From Asterionella formosa (taxonomy: Eukaryota): 32,451 nt of DNA. Positions 9,110 to 21,440 of this stretch are shown one piece after another (position 1 is the first letter of the stretch; each line of letters opens with the position of its first letter). The DNA is taken from NCBI GenBank assembly GCA_002256025.1, contig NKIB01010176.1, forward strand, positions 62,001 through 94,451, in the 5' to 3' direction. A program made the position numbers and the translations under genes. The notes below the pieces were generated by a model. It was not told the origin of the DNA and searched no databases. It was given only the letters and a program-made list of their open reading frames with translations.

Positions 9110-10957
9110 AGTACAATAGTATGGTGCAGACTTATTTATACATTGAGGATTTGGGTGTGGATCACATTTGGATAGAGGCAGCGAAACAAGAGGCATACAG
9201 GATCGACAAGGAGGTGACACAGGTGGTTCTGAATGCGGAAAGACGAGTCGCCAATAGGAACTACGAGTATGGAGATGGTGTCCAACCCTGGCCAACAAGG
9301 CGGGTAGAACAGTAACGTTCTGGTGGAATTGTACTAGACTTCGCCGGGAAGGCAATGATCCAGCAGTTATGATGCTTGAGGCACACCAGACTGAATTTGG
9401 TTTAAGCACTCCTCACTTAAGTTTCCAGTTCTAGTCGTCTCGGTTAGAGGAAGACTGGACTGCACTGAGCATCATCCAAGATCGGGCCTCTGAGTTACTA
9501 CAGGACTTTCTTGCAGCCAATTAAACAAGACAAACCCAAAGAAGCCATCCTGAAGACAATCAAACAGGCCAAATATATGAAGAGACTTTGGCCAAGCCTC
9601 TGCAAAGATGCAAAGGGAGACATACGATCAGGCGTCACTAAGCTTGAGGCTCCCAATTTCGACAATACTGGTAACAGACTCCTCAGAAATGTTTAGGCAT
9701 TGATACAGAGGAACAGTAGTTATTTTACTCAAGCAGCAGAGATACCATTTGACAATGGGAGTTTTGGGCAACACCTCCATCCCTTCCGATAAAATTCATC
9801 TTCAAAATCAATTCTGGATGGCACCATCGATCTAGACCAGTTTTCCATCAATGTGAGGCGATCACAGCGTATATAGCCAAAATGCGATACAGAGCCAATT
9901 TTCTCATAATTATCACTCGAAGAATTCAAGCAGGGGTCGTTCAAACTGCCTGACATCTTAGAAGACCTACTAATCACCAAGTGGAAGACACCTAGGTCAT
10001 TACAAGCCCAAGGTGATACTTAACAACAATATTTTAGGTACAGTTTATGCCACTCTCGTGTCATTGCCATATGAATTTGGTTTTACACTGGACAGGTGGT
10101 GGCTAACACCGCTACAAATGATGCTGGAAAAGATCAAAGGCACACCGAGACTCGATAAGCTGTGGGTCATATAGCTGATGAAGGAAGACTGAAAAATGAT
10201 GCTGAAGATCATCTTTGGGCGAAGACTGGTGCACCCAGCGGAAGACAAGCAGCTAATCTCTACCCTTGTTTTGCAGTGAAGTTCCCAACCAAACAAATCA
10301 TCCAATGACACCATTTTGATGAAGCGGCTTTTGTACAATGGGATTTGTGTTTATACAAAGGTGGCCATCATCTCAACAATGATGGCAAGGCGGAATTCGA
10401 CAGAATAATACCCTTGATAGGGGGAATCGCTTTGCATACTAGATTAGGGGCTAGTGAACAAACAGTCGAAACACTCCTTGGCCTTCAGACCTTGGAACGA
10501 ATGTAATATCGGATTCGCACAACAACGGGTATCTCAGAAGACTCTAAGTATTCAAACATTCAAAACTGGGTTTAGGGACCCTCCAAGCTTCCGGGGCCTC
10601 ACCTGCTCTATGGCTATCAATTATTCTACTGGGAGCAATGATCTCGCGAAAATCTTTGGGAATCACCTTTTGTAATCCCTGGAATACCCAATCCCTTGTT
10701 CAATGGCCAGCAGAAACATATGTTGATGACACCAAACTCTTGTTGGCTCTAGAGAATGGTACTATTAGCTACCGACCTGGCTGATGAATTGCACCAAGAA
10801 ATAGCACAATTCTGGGAGCAACTTCTTTAGAGGACCAGTGGAGCCTTGGCATTGCTTAGAAAAATGCTTCTATGTTGCAATGGATTGGGACTTCATCAAT
10901 GACACATATTTGCTGAAAACAAAGGAAGCACTCTCACTTTCTATTCAACTGACGGCT
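9110..10957 (+). mobile_element. Ambal-like non-LTR retrotransposon fragment A (RT region, decayed)
   Basis: Broken frames give SILDGTIDL, SGRHLGHYK, MMLEKIKGTPRLDKLWVI.L.KED..MMLKIIFGRRLV, NNDGKAEFDRI, YVDD and QFWEQLL..GAL..EKCFYVAMDW. Colinear with element B. Confidence 0.85.
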
Positions 10958-10958
10958 G

Positions 10959-12940
10959 GGGGTGTCTGCAAATAAAAAGTATCATGCATATATGATCAAG
11001 GGTATTGTACGCTAAGTGGCACAGGATTTTCATATATATGATAATTTTTGGATCAAAACTATGATCAAGGTATCCTTTAACTATGATGATTTATTAATAT
11101 TTTACTGAACTTGAAGTATGATGATACTATCATATTTATGATACCATTGCATCATATAATTAGTTAAACATGGGCCTATGATGTGTATACTTTTGTCATA
11201 CATCTATCTTAACATGATTGTAATTCTCATCAATATCACTGTCTAAAATAGGATGAAATGAATCGAAATTTAGAACTATATTTCAGAATGGTTCTATGTT
11301 TCTATATCTTGAGTGGCTACGGAATGTTCTACAATGCTCTCGTCACAATGATTGTTGGTGCCGCTTTCACTTCCACCTTCCACCCAATGCAATTCTGAAG
11401 GTTGTTGTACTGGTTGCCTTGCCTTTGTTCCCCTGCTTTCCTTTTACTCCTGACCGATCTGAGTTTGCATTCACGCATTTTCCCATTACTATTTAATCCG
11501 TTTCGTTGTTCCAATCAGCCATACTAACAAAGAGAAGCAATTCATTGTTAGCTAGCTGTTCGTGTTTTGCTTACACAACAACATGCATTTCGCTTCTATC
11601 TTCACTTACCACAAATTGAGGAAGTAACAGATGCATATTTCTGTACAATAATGAGTCAGTTGAAGATTGAATAAGAAAGTATCGATCAATAGATGGGCTC
11701 CAACGCTGCTGTTTGTAACTTTCAAATACTGTTTATCTACCATTATCCTGAAAGAAGCAACACACATGTGTCAGTTTTTCTAACAGTTGTGGGTTGATCC
11801 AAAGATGGTAGCACTTACCGATTTCTTTTATCCACATTGATGGTTGGCCAACAAATCCAAAAGGAGTAAGCTATTGAATCACTGAAAGGAGACGAGTCAT
11901 TCCATATTTGTAATCCCAACAATTGATCATCCTGGCATTTGCTCTTGACGTGGTAACCTGCACAGCTTGTTGATTCCGCCCTTCTCCATCATATTCACTC
12001 CTTCTTCGCCGCATGGTGTATCATGATTGTGTCATATTGTCACTTCAGTTTTTCGCATCATGTGTTGCTTGAGATTCCTTTCAGGAACTGTATGCATGAC
12101 AAGAAACATGAAAAGCATTTGCTCTTGACTTACCATCAATTGATTCCGCCCTTCTCCGTAGTCACTCCTTTTAAGCCGCAAGTAACATTGTATTGTATTA
12201 TCACTTTCGTTTTCCTTGTCATCATGTGTGATGATCCTTCATTTCGGGAGCAAAGTGTATGCATTACAAGGAACATGAAAACATGATTTCAAATGTTTCA
12301 GCCATGTATACATATATATAAAGATTTGTAAGTTGAAATGTATATAGTTGAACATTTGCATAGTTTCAAACACGGTCAATACATGGCACATTCTGTGCAT
12401 GATACTAACATCAATTTTGATTATACATAATTCAAATAAATAGAATGCCTGACGAGTTAATAGCTTTCCATGACCTGTTGAATTTTTCAATTTGTCTTGT
12501 GTCAATTCTTGTACCTACAAGTCAGTGGCTGATTTAATTAAGCCCCTTAATAAACGGGAGTCATCACCTATTTTTCAAATGGTCTAAATCATTCATTTAT
12601 GGCTGAATATAGACATATTGACCATATACATTCGAAAAATTTACATGGCCTACCGGTAGTACTGTATACTTGCTGGATATTACTTCTCTCATGGGAGTAC
12701 CACAATAGTGCATCGGAAAACTGAATATCCTCATGTGTTTAGGATCATTTGATCACATTTTCAAGATCAATTGATCCTAATTCCTGAAAATAAATTTTGA
12801 TCTTTCATTTTCTCATCAAGGACACCGTTCATCATATGATCAATATGTTATGATCAAAGTTATAGGATGAACGAATCAAAATTTATTGATTAAAGATCAT
12901 ACTTTATACCGAAGTAGTTGCTCATGCATGCAAACCCCCC
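10959..12940. mobile_element. Putative 2-kb TIR DNA element with GATCA-rich subterminal regions (superfamily uncertain)
   Basis: ggggtgtctgca (10959-10970) versus tgcaaacccccc (12929-12940): 10/12 inverted match. Dense (t)gatca motifs at 10985-11230 and 12740-12900. LINE A homology stops at its left end. No TSD seen. Confidence 0.55.
11970..12232. repeat. Diverged direct duplication (about 170-bp period) inside the 2-kb element
   Basis: ttgattccgcccttctcc..tcactcctt..gccgca..tcacttc..catcatgtgt occurs near 11970 and near 12140. Confidence 0.75.
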
Positions 12941-13419
12941 ACTCCCTGTCAAGAAAACCTCAACCCCGATTTTCCTCACGTGCTCCACCCATTGACTTCT
13001 TCATTGATGAAGTTGAGGTAGCTATGTTGATGACATCAGGTGGCGCAGGCTTGTGTATAGATTGATGATGCCGAAATCATTGCTTCCTTTTCCGGTAGGT
13101 ACCTATTTGTCAACATTGTTTGTTGGGTCAATCCATTCACAGGATGGGCTTCAATTCCATGACAAAGCGGATATTATTCTTTGGACCACCATCACTCAGA
13201 TGCTTTGGGTTCACGGACACTTACACAGATCAAGGAATATCACAACTCCAAATGCTTGTTAGTCACATTCAATAACAAGATGTATAGGTCAGTTGATTCA
13301 CATCCACCTGGAAAATCTACAATTAGTGATCAGCCTATAAAAGAAGCCCTTCACATTTTTTCCTACTATCTTCCTCAAATATTTTGGGGAATCATGAGGG
13401 GGCAAAGAAGGGGGGCAAT

Positions 13420-16400
13420 GAAAATTTTAAATTTGTTAAATCTAGACATCTGATCGCAGCCTCCTGGGCCTTGGAGACAAAAAATGACAGCACAAAATTA
13501 AGGAGGCCTGAACCGAGCTCTGGGTCTCCATCCCTCTAGACTAGAATTTCTATTTGTTGTGTGAGGTGCAGTCAAGCTCTGTCTCCCAGAGTAATACCTC
13601 CCGCATGATGCCATGCCTGAACAGCGATATGATCCGTTTTAATGGATCCAAAGCAATTTCTGTGTCGGGGTATGGAGTCTCTTGGGTTAACCATCTCCTT
13701 CAAAGAATACAAATATTGTATCACCCCATCCAAGTCCAGGTGTAGAATGGTTGTCTGTGGTTCCACACCTGTGTCTCCGTGTATGAACCTATTTCTCTCT
13801 TTCCAACACTCCATACCGTAGTCCCACAATTCCATAATCACATTTGCACTCCATTGTAGGGCGATTGACCGGTTGGTATGTAGTCAATGCACCACTTGCG
13901 ACAATATAATGAGTGTGCGATTGCCCATTGTTTGCTGATGAGCCCTCTAATTACTTGGTTCCATCCAATGTCTTGTTGATTTGAACTTAGGAAACCCTCC
14001 AAAGTTGCTATGTCAATGGCATCATGGTGCTGTTGAGGAATAGAATCCTCCCATTTCAAGATTCTCCCCAAAAGCCACTGGCTGATTCCCCTGTCCAGAG
14101 CGAGTTTGAACAACAAATGAACATGTATATGGTCCCTTGATGGCAATCATTGTCTTCCTCCATGCTTTTTTCTTTCCTGGAGAGTAGTTTGACAGCGGGC
14201 GGAGGATGTGGTCCATGTCTTCGTTAAAAGTACCGCATCGGGGATACCTTCCATCATTTAATTTCTCATATTTCTTGCGTCGGCGTATGGTGGAAAATCA
14301 ATTGAACTCTAATTTGAACAATGTAGTTCGTTGTTGCCCTTTGACTTGCTTGTTTGGAGGCACGATGCCTGGCATGATCCCAATCAACCATATCGAAATT
14401 TTCCCCCTCCTGTTTTCCCAATAATATATTTTTCCAACTCTCCAAGACACACTGATTCTTTAATTGCCTTAGGCATGTGACTAGTGATCCATGTTGTCCC
14501 TACTTTGAGAGAAGCCTGGCTGGTGCCCGGGAGGAGGGGAATATTTTCTTATTGTCTGGTTGCAGGTTGTACATTCCCTAGTCCGTGCCGCCTGTGCGTC
14601 ACAGTCGATATTTAATTTGACTTCCCAAGTCAGTTGTGCATATTCCATGTCGACATCTTGATGGGCCTTCACAGCATGGAACACGCGCAGATTGATCCTA
14701 TGTGTTTGAGAGGTAGCATTGCTGTCTGAATGAAATCATGGTCTGGAGCTAAAGTCTGTGATGGACCCATCAGGGCGGGCCATTTCTTTATCCTTGAGAT
14801 CAGAGCCCAATTGTCGATGTATAGTACAGACAAGGACGTTGTGTTGGAGGTATCACCATGACTGTACTCCCTGTCCATAGAAAGGAGTCCATCCACCACC
14901 AACATTCTGGCCAGAAACCCACCCACCTCCAGGCGCAGGGACGACATCATTGCCCCTGCTCCGCCAACCAAGTACCCATGACCACTTGCCTGGGCTTGGT
15001 CGATTCTGCTATGTAATTTCCATCCTTGGGTTGCACTATTGTCGTCAGCCAGGGAACCATCAGAGGCCAGTAGCGCCAGTTTAACCCATCGTAAGTGCCG
15101 CTGAAACCTTTCGATATTCGGTGGAAATGGGTAATCGCCAAGAGACGATTTTAACATTGGGTGAAGGCAGTCGATGTTTGAGTGTTTGGAGCTGAAGTGA
15201 GGGAAATTGGGACTTATAGATGGCTGTGCAACCCGACCAGCCAATACCCCTGATATTTCGAACATATCTCTTGTTTGTGCAGAGATCATAACAGGGACCA
15301 CAAGGAGGTAGGGCCTATGAAATGATATGGTATAGATAGTGGTGGTTAAAGTCTGTGCTGCGTGTAAGCGAGGAAAAACCTTAAATATGCCATTTTCTGT
15401 GCTATGATTCAATGAGACATCCTTTCACCGGGTTCAGGACGTATTTCCATTCTTGGTGCAGTGGAGTACCGATCAGCCAACAAATCCCAAAGATGTGCGG
15501 AGTTTCCCATTTGGCTCAGTGCATACTAGGAACCGCTGAATTGTCTTTCTCCATAATCGCCATGCCACGACTGCAGATGGTGGCTGAGGTTGATTTGGCC
15601 ATTTAAAACGGCTTCGCCGATCTGGGTGTTGGTTACCTTTTAGAATATTTTGAGTAGTATGTTTTCCTGTTCCATCAGTAATATCTGCTACTGTAATGAC
15701 TTTGAGAAAGAGTCTGCATGCATTCCTCATCCGTTTGAGTTCCTTTGGTGACAAATTCCATTGTTTCATTTTCCACAGATCCATTAAACTCTGATCATGA
15801 GTGCGTTGAAGTTTAATTGTCCATATATCTTCGATCTCAAGAAAGCCGTTGATTTGCCTTACAAATTACCACACTGACGTTATCCAATTTCTTTCAATGT
15901 ATTTCAAAAAGTTTGTAGGCGCATATCCAAATGGAGGCTTTGTTGATCCAATGAGCAACATCATGTTTTACAAAACATTGTAAGCAACTGCGCCATGTCT
16001 GCCTGTTGCCGCATATGCCAATGAATAACTGCTATTGTCAAATCCCCTGATCTGTGTATGTATCCGTAAAACCATATGCACCTAGTGAGCGAGGGCCAAA
16101 AAGCAGGAGACATTTTGTCATTTTATTAAACCCCATGGCTGTGCGATAGAATCGTGGGAAGATATGAGCTATCAACTTTCCGACAATCTTCTGGAGAGAA
16201 TGTGGATCCACACAAGAAGGGATATTTCATTGCAAGATGAATCATCACATTGTATGCAATCATGACATCATGCTGCTGTAAGGTGGATGCCGCGATATTC
16301 TGACTAAAAAACCTTCCTTTCTGAATTAAATGGTTTTTTGGTGGTTTTCGTCATTGTTGTTACCGTCTGGTGCCAAGCGAGCCCCGAGGTTGCGCAGTCC

Positions 16401-17705
16401 CTTGCTTGAATCTTTTTGCGGAAATTTTGAAGTTGTCTGATAATTCGCGTCCAATGTCAGTTGAATGGTAAGATTCATTGTGTCTTTCGTTTTTAAAACA
16501 TGTTTGTCATTATGCATTTCCCAATCCATGGCAAAAAAGAAACACTTTTCGAATGCTAAGCCCCCCCCCCCTGTAGTATACAGTAACTGTTCCCAGAATT
16601 TGTGCGATTTTTTGCATATCAACAGACAGTTCCAAAACTGTTCCTTGTTGCTTGTTCAAGCGCCAACCTCAATTCCGTGCTTGTTGTCTACGTACTGGGT
16701 CTCTGCCACTCGAGAAATTTGGAGATTCTCTCTTGGATTGCAAAACGTAATCCCCCTTGACCGTTTCGACATCGCACCAAGAAGAATACATGTGATCGCC
16801 AACCACAGAGCTGGAGATGCACCCGAACCCTGTAATTTTCCAAGAACCCAGTTTTGTAGGTTAGAATAAGATTCCTCCGATACTCCCAATGTATTTCGAA
16901 CCTTGTAGAACTTTTTTCAAATGTTGTTAGCAATGTCTGAACTGCATTGCACGCTGCCCCAAGCCTCCTCAACGCTATGCCACCAACTGATGGGACCATC
17001 TGATCAAATGCTGCTTCCCCATCATTATTAAAGATTACTACCACTAATTTGCAAATCCTCATTCCGTCGTAAGTGAGTCTTTTCATCAAGATGGCATCCA
17101 TAGAAGACCGATTTGGGCGAGAACCCCATTGTAATGGAATGATGGTGCCTTAAAAAATGGATCCGAAACATCATATTCAAATCCGCTTCCATCAGCTGAA
17201 TAAAGCGTAGCTAATCGATGCATGGAGTACCCTTCACTTTTTCTAACATGACCTGTGAAGCATTCAGCCATCGATCTAAGGTAAACCCAAACTGAAAGGG
17301 GACCAACATTAGTAGGGTAGGAGATTACACCATGCAAATTGTGTTGTCTTTTAGAATTGACTTATAGTGTCCAATATGCCTCCTGCTTGTTGATGACGAA
17401 GTTTTCTCTGCTACTCTCCTGAACCCCCGCTGAAAATCCTGTATCATGATATCAGAGTTGACTGCTGGAGAATCCCCTGGTTCACCATCTGCATATTGCA
17501 TTTCGCGGATACACGCTTTTATAGCTTCATTTAGGTCGTATTTCTCCAAATCAATGGTGCCTTGCAGGATGGATTCAGAGAAAGCGTTCTGTTGAAATGG
17601 GTTTAAATGCTCTCCAAAGATGCCCTCTACGAAGAGGGTGTCCTTTACCTGAGCAGAATGATCACTATTTCGTCCATCATACACTGGGACTTCTATCCGA
17701 TTCAA
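13420..17705 (-). mobile_element. Ambal-like non-LTR retrotransposon B: 5'-truncated, with RT, RNase H, zinc knuckle and 3' UTR; many frameshifts
   Basis: RT motifs KTSSSTSRRHIGHYK, NNDGEAAFDQMVP, GKLQGSGASPALW, QYVDN, WEQLLYTTGG.LAFEKC. RNase H motifs ASDGS, SSLRLEVGG, YIDN, HVKAHQD-like, KLNIDCDAQA. C-terminal QQDIGWNQVIRGLISKQW and CWKERNRFIHG. Confidence 0.92.
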
Positions 17706-19563
17706 TCATTAATGTATTTCCTGTTTTGCATATTTCCGCAGGCGCGGCCTTTTGGGGCATCATGGATTACCAGTGTTTGGGAGTTTATCTCGTCCATCAA
17801 GGGATTTTTTCACATCGAAGATTCTTGGGACATCGGCCCGCAACGAGATCAGGACATTAACATAATGGATTTATGGACGCAATCACGGTTTATATTCACG
17901 CCGAAAATCATGAAAAGGCTGAATGCCTGCAGGATTTACCTGCGGGTAATTACCATTGATGATATCACAGGCGCCCAAGGTCATGGGATCGTTTCATCGG
18001 GCGATTCTCCGATGTCCTCGTTGTGACCTGAACTGGGTGGTTCACTTGGCAGCTTGGTTGCCATAGATGTTCTCCTTTCCACAGGGAGATAGAGGTCTGT
18101 CCAGGCCTAAAGAAATTTGGCTGGATGGTCTGTGTACATGATTGACAACAAAGAATTGATATGCCATCAAGGATCAATAAATGGCCTCACAGTGGAGCAG
18201 CCGACACCCTGCTTGCACCTGATAACGACCTTCTTCAGGCGGTCAAAGCTCTCGTCAACAAACACGACATCACAATGGTTCCACACCACATAAAATCCCA
18301 CCAACACTTAGATGTTCCATTTATCAAGTCACACTGGACAGCACTCCTGAATTGCGACGTTGACACTCTAGGGTCGACTGCAAGGAACAATCCACGGTGT
18401 GAATCACTTTCGAGTAAAACATATTTGTTAGCACCAGGTCATGGGGCCTCTCTTCATGTGTACAGTCAGCGGTTCACCAGCCATATCCCTATGACCATTC
18501 GAGAAGCAAGCTAGTACCGGGATGAGGTTATTACATATGTTTGCGCGTGCTCAGGACGTTGGGTCAAGAAGGACACATTTGATAAGGTAGATTGGTCCGC
18601 TCGCCAAAGATCAGGTGCGAGGATCAAGGGAGCGCAAAAAACTACGTTGAAACTAGAATTCGATCTATTTGCGACGATGAAACGACGTAAAAGATATGAA
18701 CGCCAAATTGACGGAAGGTGCCCTCGATGTGGCCGGTTTAATGAGCACTTCATCCACATTGTCAAATGACCCCAAAGTCGATCAGACACCATAGCTGCAT
18801 GGAGAACCGCAATCATCGCCATGACAGATGATAGGTACACGTGCTCATTTGTTATGCAGATGTTTAGCAAAGGAATGGAAAAATGGCTGTCCAACCTGCC
18901 GGTCCATTTGGAGGGAGATTTCCCTTCACCTGACAATGACATTGGACAAACAACCTTTGAAGGGTTCCTCCACCAATAAGACATCGGCTGGGATCAGGCC
19001 ATCCGTGGTCGAATCAGCAAATTATTGGCGAAGGCAAATGCCACGACGACGCTCGCCTTGATGACCACTGGACAACACAAATTATCTGAAACCTATGGAT
19101 TTTTGGCATCGATCAACAATGGAAAGCCCGAAACACTTTCCTCTATGGGCGGGGAAACAGATCAGGAAAACAAAGAGATCTTAGGCAAGAAGGATGTTGA
19201 CACCCTCATCACACACATTAATTGAGCTCAGCTTCGCCTCGTACAACATAGGTAAATGCTGGAGGGTCGATGTCCCCGGGTCTGGTTGTATTGGTGGGCT
19301 GATTAATCACTTTCTCTCTCTCCCGTGTCTCCTCTAGGCACAAGTGCGATTTCTACTAGTCTTGTATTAATGTACTTTAAAATATTCTTTATATGTATTG
19401 ATGTCACAACGTTTCTGCAATGTAGACTGGCGACGTTTAAGGCATTCTCAACGTGTTGGGACAACGCAATTTTGGAGATGGCGGGAGTCTTTCCTGGTTA
19501 GCAACGAATCGCCCATATCTGAGAGGTGATTGTATATGAGTTGAATTTATTTTTATTTTTTAT
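17706..19563 (+). mobile_element. Ambal-like non-LTR retrotransposon C: 3' part with internal deletion (partial RNase H, CPRC..H..C knuckle, 3' UTR)
   Basis: WITSVWEF..QRDQDINIMDLW..RLNACRIYLRVITIDDIT, HIKSHQH, LLNCDVD, DGRCPRCGRFNEHFIHI, IGWDQAIRGRISKLLA-like. T-rich end near 19545-19563. Homologous to, but clearly diverged from, B. Confidence 0.88.
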
Positions 19564-19566
19564 CAT

Positions 19567-20231
19567 TCCCGTTAATGCGCCTTTGTAATTCGGGAGTTGT
19601 TCGAAACAAAAACCAATTCCAAAACCATTGAAATTGGGGATTAAAGCATAATACTCACAACCATATTGATGCCGGGCTTTTGCAATGTGTCAACAAATAC
19701 TACCAGTCGGTATTGATTACTTCGCCAAGTAAATTGAACATGAAACCTGCCCGTTATGTTGCTGATGCCAAGGCAACAAAAGGAGTTCCTGTTACTGAAG
19801 TATTGAAGAAGTCACTCAACAACAGCTAACTTGTTTATGCAATAAGTCGGATGGATGAGCTAATGTATGGCCAAGCAGATAATTGGGGCGGAATCGCTTC
19901 TATTTTTGAATCATAAAAGAAGGAAAGTAGTGTCAACTTCACTGAACATTCGATGTCCCTGATTGGCAAAGACTTTCTTCCAGACAATGACTCATTGGTT
20001 GCTGTGCTATCAACAGAGAATCTGTTGCTGAATGAGTACAGGCAGCGGTTCTGGGGCGATCCAATATTCCTTGCTGCTGATGCTTCTTACAGACTGTCAG
20101 TCACACAAGAAGGAAACGGAGTGTTTCATGTGATTACAACCAACTTGGCTCAACAAACAAAATCGATTGCCTTTGGAGTGATTAGCACTCATGAACACCA
20201 AAAGGCACAAAATTCATATTTGCGTCTATGA
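19567..20231 (+). pseudogene. MULE (Mutator) transposase relic
   Basis: One frame from 19644 with two stops: KHNTHNH (end of a WRKY/FLYWCH-like finger) ... STENLL..IFLAADASYRL..GNGVFHVITTN..KSIAFGVISTHE, the first-Asp region of the MULE DDE domain. Truncated on both sides. Confidence 0.75.
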
Positions 20232-20235
20232 CAGC

Positions 20236-20573
20236 AAAACTTTTGTTGACGATGCTATTAGATTCTCGCCTGCAAAAAAATCTGATGACAATCGAAGAGC
20301 CAACAAGGCGAAGAAAAAACCAATTATCAATTGGCAGTTGTTCATTTGGCGCACCCGAGGAGCTACCAGAAATTTTGAATGGCGATAACACACAGGAAGA
20401 CAAGACAGCAGCAGTTTTGACTGATGATAAGACCAAGGACGAGATGGAAGCAAAGTTGAATGTCGAAAAACTCTTGTTGACATTGCTATTAGATTCTTAC
20501 CTTAAAAAATGACAACAATAGAAGAGCTGCAACAAGGAAAAGAAAAAACCAATTATCAATCAGCAGTTGTTCA
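20236..20573. repeat. Direct duplication of an about 110-bp block at about 230-bp spacing
   Basis: aaaact..tgttgac..tgctattagattct..atgacaa..gaagagc..aacaagg..aagaaaaaaccaattatcaat..gcagttgttca at 20236-20345 and 20467-20573. Confidence 0.85.
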
Positions 20574-20993
20574 GTCTACCACAAGAACACACATCTGGGT
20601 TTGGTGACATTCGCAGATGCAAGTTACTGCAGAAAGCCATCTTCCTGCATGGAAAGAAGCAAATGCCACACCTGTGAAAACAATTTTAGTTGTTCGCTAT
20701 CAAATGATATGTATTTCCGGCCTACCAAAAAACCGGTCATGGCCTGGCGTAACAAACTGCAATTCTCCTACACACTCTGCCATGTCTGTTTCATGCCTAA
20801 GGAGTCTTTGCAATTTGGGGAGGAGCCAAAGAAACACAGGGAGGAGCCTTGGCAAGCTTTGTTGCAATTCAAGAATAGGAACAAATGATTCTTGAAAAAT
20901 TATATTATATACCCATTATTATTGCATTTATATTTTTTTACAAAATCACCAATGCAAGAAGGTAAGGAGTGTATTGAATAAAAATCAAGGACA

Positions 20994-21427
20994 ACCTTGT
21001 ATTGGTATCCATTCAAGGCACACCTTGTATTGGTCCCTGACCAAAGGCTAGTACTTGTAATGGATCCAAATCAAGGCATGCCTTGCTTGTATTGACATAT
21101 CCAAAACAAGGTAGACCTTTAATCAAAACTGTTGATCTGATTGGTAGGCCAATACAAGGTGGTTGCTTATATAGTGAACCCCAATATAAGGAATTCCTTG
21201 CATTGGCTTAAACCCAAATTCGGATAAACTAATCATATCTTGTATTGGAAAACAAATTCCGGTCATTTTGTGAAATACCTCGTATAAAAAAAGAGTCGAT
21301 TTCCTTGTATTGGCAAAAGCACAGATTCGCAACCCTAATTACAAAGCTTATGTACAGATACAAAGGTGAACCTTGTTTTGGTACTCCCAGTACGTGTTTC
21401 ACCTTGTATTGGATTCCGATACAAGGT
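20994..21427. repeat. Array of about 13 CCTTGTATTGG-like motifs in both orientations (probable subterminal transposase-binding array)
   Basis: Motif or close variants near 20995, 21023, 21054, 21086, 21150 (rc), 21181 (rc), 21196, 21239, 21303, 21371, 21402 and 21417 (rc). The array ends in the palindrome accttgtattggattccgatacaaggt. Confidence 0.85.
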
Positions 21428-21440
21428 ATTTTAGTTTCCT

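Noticed and set aside
12941..13420. Colinear continuation of LINE A after the 2-kb insertion
   Set aside because: The expected next motifs (..GLRNLGARLAPDG..) are absent; the segment looks coding-derived but I could not assign it.
9110..17705. Retron, DGR, group II intron or LTR-element interpretation of the RT fragments
   Set aside because: Motifs and domain order (RT, RNase H, C-terminal knuckle, 3' UTR) fit non-LTR elements; no integrase, LTRs, or template/variable repeat pair were seen.
20994..21427. CRISPR-like array (repeats with unique spacers)
   Set aside because: The motif is only about 11 bp, occurs in both orientations with irregular spacing, there are no cas genes and the context is eukaryotic.
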